Source: Chlamydiia bacterium (GTDB lineage: Bacteria > Chlamydiota > Chlamydiia > Chlamydiales > JBMOFD01). Taken from it: a stretch of DNA of 13,769 nt. The translations under genes and the position numbers were made by a program. The stretch is from contig JBMOFD010000052.1 in assembly GCA_049314435.1 (NCBI GenBank), forward strand, positions 1 through 13,769. The letters are read 5' to 3'. This document shows, in pieces, positions 8,038-13,769 of the stretch. Positions within the stretch are counted from its first letter, which is position 1; the number at the start of each line of letters is the position of its first letter. The notes below the pieces were generated by a model. The model worked only from the letters and a program-made list of their open reading frames with translations. It ran no database searches and had not been told where the DNA came from.

Positions 8038-8074
8038 ATGTGAATGGAGCGGTATTTGTCCGTCCCATTCACAT
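8038..8074. terminator. Stem-loop between convergent GT11 and GT92 genes (terminator-like, no clear U tract)
   Basis: ATGTGAATGG (8038-8047)/CCATTCACAT (8065-8074), perfect 10-bp inverted repeat. Confidence 0.5.
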
Positions 8075-8097
8075 TGGAGGTTAACGCTCTAGCCTGC

Positions 8098-9081
8098 CTA
8101 CGGAGTGGCCCCCTCGCGCCAGAGATTCTTCCAGGCCTGTGGGAACTGTTTTCTTATGAGGTCTAGGATTTTGAAATCACTGATCGCGTTGTAACTTTCA
8201 TGCTGCTCCATCAGCACTGCGAAATAATCGGCGCGGGCTTGTGGGGTGTTATCAGTGATGCGAGGATTTTCTAGTCGGCGCGTCCTAAAGTAGTACTCAT
8301 CACGTTGAACGTAATGATTGATGCGAATGAAGCGATCTTCATGTACGCCGGGGTTTTCAAACTGCTCTCCAAAACAGTTCCGCATGATCTGGCCGGATCC
8401 GTTGTAGTAGGGCGACTCAGATTTAATAGAAACATGGTGCGGGCTCCAATTACCCACCGTATATGCGAAGTGGGTGGGTCTGCAAATGGTCTTGCCTACA
8501 CAGTTGCTTGGATGAGCTTTCAAGGAGCAGGCTGTGAGGTAGGGAAGAATAGGTTCTCCGGCAGGAATGCGTTCTACTTGGTTGGTGCCAAAGCAACGCC
8601 AGTTTACAAAGATAGCCCCTGCATCGGTGTAGCGGGCCAGACATTCAGGCAGTCCTCGATCACGCATCGGGACGATGAATTCATCGACATCAATGAAGGC
8701 GATCCAATCGAACACACCAAAAGCCTTACCATTGGCTATATGGTACGCATCACGTTGATCTGAGGTTGGGAATACATGACATGGGTGTCGAGAAGGGAGG
8801 GGAAGGATCTCGATCAATCCTGATGCGATTTCCTCGTTGAGCAACCACTCTGGATGATCGGAACTGTTATTGTCGAAAAGCCAGAATTTGGAAACACCGA
8901 GAAGGCGATGATATTCGACCCACTCCTTAAGATACGGAGTCTCATTTCGGATCATGGTCGCAATGGCAATGGTATTAGAAGCCTGCATCGATGCGAACGC
9001 TAAAAACGACAAAATGGCCAGTGAGGGCCGTCTGCATAGCGACTTAAGCGAATCAATATGGAAAAACTGCAAGTAGGCCAT
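8098..9081 (-). CDS. GT92 / Glyco_tranf_2_4-like glycosyltransferase with signal peptide
   Basis: MIRNETPYLKEWVEYH.LLGV.KFWLFDNNSSD, WIAFIDVDEF, NWRCFG, GKTICRP, INHYV. Leader ...RRPSLAILSFLAFASMQA/S. Exact start uncertain. Confidence 0.9.
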   Translation of the reverse strand: MAYLQFFHIDSLKSLCRRPSLAILSFLAFASMQASNTIAIATMIRNETPYLKEWVEYHRLLGVSKFWLFDNNSSDHPEWLLNEEIASGLIEILPLPSRHPCHVFPTSDQRDAYHIANGKAFGVFDWIAFIDVDEFIVPMRDRGLPECLARYTDAGAIFVNWRCFGTNQVERIPAGEPILPYLTACSLKAHPSNCVGKTICRPTHFAYTVGNWSPHHVSIKSESPYYNGSGQIMRNCFGEQFENPGVHEDRFIRINHYVQRDEYYFRTRRLENPRITDNTPQARADYFAVLMEQHESYNAISDFKILDLIRKQFPQAWKNLWREGATP

Positions 9082-9350
9082 GTGGTACGTGTGGTAGATG
9101 GTTTGCCGAGCTCAGCATACCTGAAAGGCCCCGCTCCATGCACGTACTGGAACAGATTGCATGGCTGGCTGTGTACAAAAAGCCATTATATAGCGGTTAA
9201 GGGCGGCCCTGCATAGGGGTTCGACCACTCTGGGACAGCTAACAGCTGAGTGGTGCAGTGGCTTCTTTGACAAGACTCTTGAGTCATCAGACATCTACCG
9301 GTAAGCTGCCCGCTGCTGTGCAGTGGTTGCACCCTCATCCCCAGCTGACT

Positions 9351-10361
9351 ATGTTGCGTCCTCTACTTTTATCGCTCCTTGCCCTGCTTCCTACGATGGC
9401 AGAGGCTCTTCCAAGCCCTATTTTAGGTGCTGTTCCTGGTGGCAGGTATACGGGGGATCTCACAGAATTCCGGGCGCATAGCCGCCTGTTCATTCAAAAA
9501 ATGCGAACAACGACCGAAGCGGAGCTGATCGACTTTCGACTGCTTCCGTATCTCTCGAGAAACGTTGATTTGGTTCCCTCCGGCATTGAAGGGATTGATG
9601 CTATTCTGATGATCAATCTTGATCACCGCGGTGATAAGCTAGCCTATTGTCGTGAGCATCTTGCCAAGCATGGGTTGCAAATTTCGAGAGTGGCGGCCGT
9701 GTATGGTCGAGAAATGCCCAAGGAGCTCTTTGCCACGCTTGGAGTGTACTGGGAACCATGGATGTTGCAGTTCATGGGCACTCATTATGATCTGCAAGGA
9801 CAGCATGATCACGCTGTGATAGGGGCCAGCACTGAATCATGGTACAGCCACTGCTTTGCAAGAAATCCGATCGCGATTGTGCTAAGCCAAGTGAGCGCTA
9901 TCTACTATGCCTTTGAGCATGGGATGACACGAGCGTGGATCATGGAGGACGATATCGAATTCAAGCAGCCAGCCAGGAATGTTCTGAAACATATTGCCTA
10001 CCTAGACCAGCACTTCGGTGTTGATGGTTGGGATATCCTATTCACTGACCTGGATACGAAGAACATGGAAGGAAAGACAATACCGTGTTCTGGATATATT
10101 TTGAGGCCTGATATCGACTGTGTGAATAATCCATTTCAGCGCTATCAAGTGAATCAGGACATCACGCAGTATGGATCCAGATATGGCGCCTATTCCTACA
10201 TCATCAATCGACCTGGGATGCGCAAAATCCTGGCTTTCTACCATACGGTAGGCATTTTTTCTCCCTATGATGCGGAGATCACCATGGTGCCTGGGCTTCG
10301 ATTCTTCGGGCTCAATGAAGACTTGGCTACGCATATCTTCATTGGGTCGGACAATGGGTGA
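9351..10361 (+). CDS. GT25 (LOS beta-galactosyltransferase LgtB/Lex2B-like) glycosyltransferase with signal peptide
   Basis: INLDHRGDK, RVAAVYG, IAIVLSQ, WIMEDD, WDILF, GAYSYIIN..GMRKIL. ATG 9351 gives MLRPLLLSLLALLPTMAEA/L, preferred over GTG 9258. Confidence 0.85.
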   Translation: MLRPLLLSLLALLPTMAEALPSPILGAVPGGRYTGDLTEFRAHSRLFIQKMRTTTEAELIDFRLLPYLSRNVDLVPSGIEGIDAILMINLDHRGDKLAYCREHLAKHGLQISRVAAVYGREMPKELFATLGVYWEPWMLQFMGTHYDLQGQHDHAVIGASTESWYSHCFARNPIAIVLSQVSAIYYAFEHGMTRAWIMEDDIEFKQPARNVLKHIAYLDQHFGVDGWDILFTDLDTKNMEGKTIPCSGYILRPDIDCVNNPFQRYQVNQDITQYGSRYGAYSYIINRPGMRKILAFYHTVGIFSPYDAEITMVPGLRFFGLNEDLATHIFIGSDNG

Positions 10362-10387
10362 TGCTTTTGCGCAATGATTCGCGTCCC

Positions 10388-11506
10388 TCACTGGACAGAA
10401 GCACTCCATGAGGGACGCTGTGGTCTGTCGCAGTCCAGATTGTCGGATACCGAGAATAGATGCGTAGCCAGGTCCTGGTATAGGCCATAGCGACGTAGGC
10501 CGGGAATCAAGTGGGTGTCTGAATCGAGGGCTGAAAAGATGCCGAAGATATGGTAGAAGGACAGAAGTTTCTGCATTCCTGCCCTGCTCACGCACTGAGA
10601 GTAGGTTCCGTATCTCGTTCCGTACTGAAACCAGTGTGTCGAGATGGTATTGCGAGGTGAGTGCTTGTCTAAGCGGGGAAGGTCTGGACGTTCTCCGTTC
10701 TGATCGCGAGTCAAACGTTCATTTCTTGCATCACCTGTGCGGGTGTCGGGGTCGGTATAGAGTATATCCCAGCCGTCTGGGCCAACGACTGTCTCCAGTT
10801 CTTGGATGTATGCGGGGAGAAGGTGAGGATTCTCCAAGATAGAGATGTCATCTTCGACGATCCATATGCGCTGAAAGCCGCGAGCATATGCATCATAGAT
10901 AGCGCTCAGATGGCTCAACACAATGGCGACAGCCGCCTTATTTGAGCCTCGCGTGAACCATGTTAGGGAGGATGGTTGTGTCCAGCCGATCTGCTTGCCC
11001 CTGGTAGGATGCCATTGGTAGGCAATGTTCTCCTCCATCCATGGCTGAAACAGCAGCCCAAGTTGAGACAGTTGAGCACAGGTAAGTTCCCGGCCATCGA
11101 TCGCTTCGACTCTGCTTGGGGTGAGGCCCCATGGCGTCAGTTGCGCTCGGCTCAGGGCGAGCTTTTCAGGCCGCCTGGCCAAATTGATGAGATAGAGCGC
11201 ATCGAAACCTTGTAGCCCGCAGGGAAGGATCTCCTGGATGGTAGTCAGGTATGGGCGATAGCGAAAATCGACTATTTCCTGGGTCGAGACGTCGAGATAG
11301 CGTTGAAGACGTTGATTAAACTCTACCGATGGCTGGTCGGTGGAATTTGGCTCTTGTTGGCAGCCGCCTTGCCTAACCGACTCGATGAGAGGAGAGCATG
11401 CGCTTCGACCTTGCACCTCGGCTGTGAGTGGCGAGTAGCCCAACAACATGGTCCGGAAAAGGACCTTCGTGGTTCGGCTGAGGAGTTCAGAAGGATGGAG
11501 GATCAC
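10388..11506 (-). CDS. GT25 glycosyltransferase, paralog of 9351..10361
   Basis: YLINLARRPEK, RVEAIDG, AIVLSHL, WIVEDD, WDILYT, GTYS..VSRAGMQKLL. Start codon uncertain (GTG 11506); leader weakly signal-like (..KVLFRTMLLGYSPLTA/E). Confidence 0.85.
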   Translation of the reverse strand: MILHPSELLSRTTKVLFRTMLLGYSPLTAEVQGRSACSPLIESVRQGGCQQEPNSTDQPSVEFNQRLQRYLDVSTQEIVDFRYRPYLTTIQEILPCGLQGFDALYLINLARRPEKLALSRAQLTPWGLTPSRVEAIDGRELTCAQLSQLGLLFQPWMEENIAYQWHPTRGKQIGWTQPSSLTWFTRGSNKAAVAIVLSHLSAIYDAYARGFQRIWIVEDDISILENPHLLPAYIQELETVVGPDGWDILYTDPDTRTGDARNERLTRDQNGERPDLPRLDKHSPRNTISTHWFQYGTRYGTYSQCVSRAGMQKLLSFYHIFGIFSALDSDTHLIPGLRRYGLYQDLATHLFSVSDNLDCDRPQRPSWSASVQ

Positions 11507-11766
11507 TGTAGACCTTACCGCGCTAATCGCCAGGATTCAGGGGTCCCAAATACTCTGGCAGAGAGAGGGTTTTCCATGTGCCTACGCAGGGGCGCTGGAC
11601 CATTTTCTTTGAGAGCGGATTCCTTCAGTTCTAACGGGGTACGGCCACAGGTCCCACGTGACGATTGTTGTTTACAAGGTAGTCTTGCACCATGTTGGCT
11701 ATGCTTGCGCCGATTCATCGTCGACCAAATCCGAGCTAACGAATGGTCTCATACACCTATGACTTC

Positions 11767-12534
11767 ATGGTCAAGCTGAAATACATCACCACGATCGTTG
11801 TGGCTTTGGTGATCAGCCCCTGCTCGATGTATGGGATATGGGAACCAGGGTATCAACTGAAATATCAGGAAAGGCTAAACACGCACGGGAGAGCCTCACC
11901 TGGGTTGAATGACTTGAGGACTTCCGTTGAGGAATGGCTGACTGGCAGTTGGTGTTCCAAAGAACGCGGTAAAATGCTCATGGACGCGGTATTTATCTTC
12001 CAACCGCGGACAACCGTCGAAGTGGGAGTTTTTGCGGGAGCCTCCTTGGTTCCGCTAGCCCTGGCTGTCCGGCAAGCCAAGTGCGGAACAGTCTACGCGT
12101 TCGACGCGTGGGATCCTAAAACTGCAGCCCAATATATGGAGCCTAGTAACCCCACCCATGAGTGGTGGAGCACTCTAGACATGGATAGCGTACATGATCA
12201 GTGTATTCGGTCATTAAGCAGATGGAACTTGGACGACTGCGTGAGGGTCATTAGGGGGGCTTCCGCGAAGGTCTCTGGTCAAGTAGCCGGTCCAATCGAC
12301 CTGCTACACTTGGATGGCGATTTCACAGAAAAGGGATCCCTTGAGGATGTTGACACCTATCTTCCCAAACTCAGAGTGGGTGGATGTCTTGTAGTGAACA
12401 ATGCCTTCGTAAAAATCGGAGAAAAGTTGACTAAGGCGAAATGCGTGCAGAAGATCCTCGATTGCTGTGAGCTCATCGGATCGGCTGACCATGACAATGC
12501 GCTATTTTTCATAAAAACCGGGGAGTCCGGATGA
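11767..12534 (+). CDS. Class I SAM-dependent methyltransferase (Methyltransf_24-like) with signal peptide
   Basis: SWCSKER, VEVGVFAGAS, AFDAW, IDLLHLDGDF, PKLRVGG. ATG 11767 gives MVKLKYITTIVVALVISPCSMYG; 11743 is the alternative start. Stop overlaps the next start (ATGA). Confidence 0.88.
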   Translation: MVKLKYITTIVVALVISPCSMYGIWEPGYQLKYQERLNTHGRASPGLNDLRTSVEEWLTGSWCSKERGKMLMDAVFIFQPRTTVEVGVFAGASLVPLALAVRQAKCGTVYAFDAWDPKTAAQYMEPSNPTHEWWSTLDMDSVHDQCIRSLSRWNLDDCVRVIRGASAKVSGQVAGPIDLLHLDGDFTEKGSLEDVDTYLPKLRVGGCLVVNNAFVKIGEKLTKAKCVQKILDCCELIGSADHDNALFFIKTGESG

Positions 12535-13505
12535 AATGGTTTCACCTACTCATTTTAGGTGGCTGCGTTGGCTCGTTCTCCCCTGGGCGTGCAGTAGAGC
12601 CCCAAGTGACCTGGGGATATCTATCTCATTCAACCTATAACGTCGGGGATGATATCCAGGCTCTTGCGGCAAAACGGCTTCTTCCTCCCAATGCAATAGG
12701 AATAGGCCGTGATTTCATAGGAGAGCATCGCAGCGATAGAATCATCAGAACAATCGTAGGTGGGTGGTTCATGCACACACCAGGGGCTAATTGGGCACGC
12801 ACCGACCTGACACCTCCAATGAGGGCATGGCCTCCAGCTCTACACATAGACCCGCTTCTGATTTCGATATATCTCGCTCCCGCGGCATTGAGCGACATCC
12901 TGACTGAAGAGGGAATAGAATATCTAAAGCGACATGGGCCAGTAGGAGCCAGAGATCTGGATACACGGGATCGGCTGGCCAAGCTAGGTATTCCCGCCTA
13001 TTACTCCGGCTGCCTCACGCTTACACTGGACAATGATCTAGCCGATGCAAGAGGGGATGTGACCTATCTGGTGGATGTTCCAGAAGAATTTGCCGACTAC
13101 CTTAAGAGTAGGCTGAGTTCGCCTATTGAAGTAGTGGCACATGGCCGTCCTGTACTTGCTCTCATGCGCAATGATCAACGTCTTGCCCACGCACAGAAGC
13201 TGCTCGATAGATATCGAACCGCAAAGCTCGTGGTGACGGCACGGTTGCATGCGTCCCTGCCCTGTTTGGCGTTCGAGACCCCCGTTTTTGGCACGATGGC
13301 TAATACGACAGGAAGCGAGAGATTTAGTGGGCTTGGGGAGCTCTTTCAGCACGGTGATTTGGGCGAGATTCTATCGGGCGAGGTGGTGTATAATTTCGAA
13401 TCCCCCCCCAGTAATCCTTCTGGCTACCTCGAATTAAGGAAGCAACTGATTGAGACGGTGGAAGCTTGGGTTGCAATGTCACCCAACCCTCAGGGTTCCA
13501 ATTAG
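12531..13505 (+). CDS. Polysaccharide pyruvyltransferase family protein with signal peptide
   Basis: NVGDDIQALAA, GWFMH, GPVGARD..T, YYSGCLTLTL, VVTARLHASLPCLAFETPV, RFSGL. N-terminus MKWFHLLILGGCVGSFSPGRA/V. Confidence 0.88.
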   Translation: MKWFHLLILGGCVGSFSPGRAVEPQVTWGYLSHSTYNVGDDIQALAAKRLLPPNAIGIGRDFIGEHRSDRIIRTIVGGWFMHTPGANWARTDLTPPMRAWPPALHIDPLLISIYLAPAALSDILTEEGIEYLKRHGPVGARDLDTRDRLAKLGIPAYYSGCLTLTLDNDLADARGDVTYLVDVPEEFADYLKSRLSSPIEVVAHGRPVLALMRNDQRLAHAQKLLDRYRTAKLVVTARLHASLPCLAFETPVFGTMANTTGSERFSGLGELFQHGDLGEILSGEVVYNFESPPSNPSGYLELRKQLIETVEAWVAMSPNPQGSN

Positions 13506-13612
13506 TTAGCCAAAACGCCTGGTCATAAGAGGATTGTCCCATTGAGGAAGGAGCCCTTCAGGGGCGGTTGGTATTTTGTGGGGTGCTGGAGCATTGAAAA
13601 TAGGAAGGCGTC

Positions 13613-13769
13613 ATGACGGTTGAGCAGGTATTTTTGACTATGCCAGGGCGCTGGGAAGGTGAAGGAACGATTCTTCTCCCTCTTGGTCAGCAAACTCTTC
13701 CCTTCAAGTCGACTTGGGAGGGCAACGGTCGCTGGTGGGTGCATCGTGTGTATCTGCAAGATGTTGAGG
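13613..13769 (+). CDS. Hypothetical protein, 5' part only (runs off the window; not in the ORF track)
   Basis: AGGAAGG SD-like sequence then ATG 13613, open to the window end: MTVEQVFLTMPGRWEGEGTILLPLGQQTLPFKSTWEGNGRWWVHRVYLQDVE. No signal peptide. Confidence 0.7.
   Translation, partial: MTVEQVFLTMPGRWEGEGTILLPLGQQTLPFKSTWEGNGRWWVHRVYLQDVE

Noticed and set aside
9181..9230. tRNA-like words (TAGCGGTTAA ... GGGGTTCGACC)
   Set aside because: No acceptor stem, anticodon arm or proper T-stem can be built.
329..12534. Methyltransferases as DNA methylases of a defence system
   Set aside because: No DPPY/NPPY or PC catalytic motifs, no nuclease partner, and they carry signal peptides; the motifs fit small-molecule/sugar O-methyltransferases.
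13090..13101. 12-bp match TTGCCGACTACC to 61-72, inside the putative TnpB guide region
   Set aside because: The TAM-proximal seed (CACCA) does not match and a 12-mer hit can occur by chance; not credible self-targeting.

Overview
A dense cluster of 12 glycan-building or glycan-decorating enzyme genes: three GT92/Glyco_tranf_2_4-like glycosyltransferases, two GT25-like, one GT11 (alpha-1,2-fucosyltransferase-like), two polysaccharide pyruvyltransferases and four class I SAM-dependent (Methyltransf_24-like) methyltransferases. About 10 of the 12 start with a clear Sec-type signal peptide or signal anchor, and the other two have weaker ones. Genes mostly alternate strand rather than forming an operon. 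No nucleotide-sugar synthesis, flippase, polymerase or export gene lies in the window. The best reading (inference) is an exported glycan-remodelling toolkit of a host-associated bacterium, possibly an environmental Chlamydiota, though I cannot confirm the taxon. Intergenic DNA holds mobile-element debris: an IS200/IS605 right end, a frameshifted IS701-like transposase fragment, an IS3-like left end between 15-bp direct repeats, and a CTAG-flanked MITE. A G14 tract sits at the 5' end of one GT92 gene. All family calls come from motifs read by eye, not from database searches.
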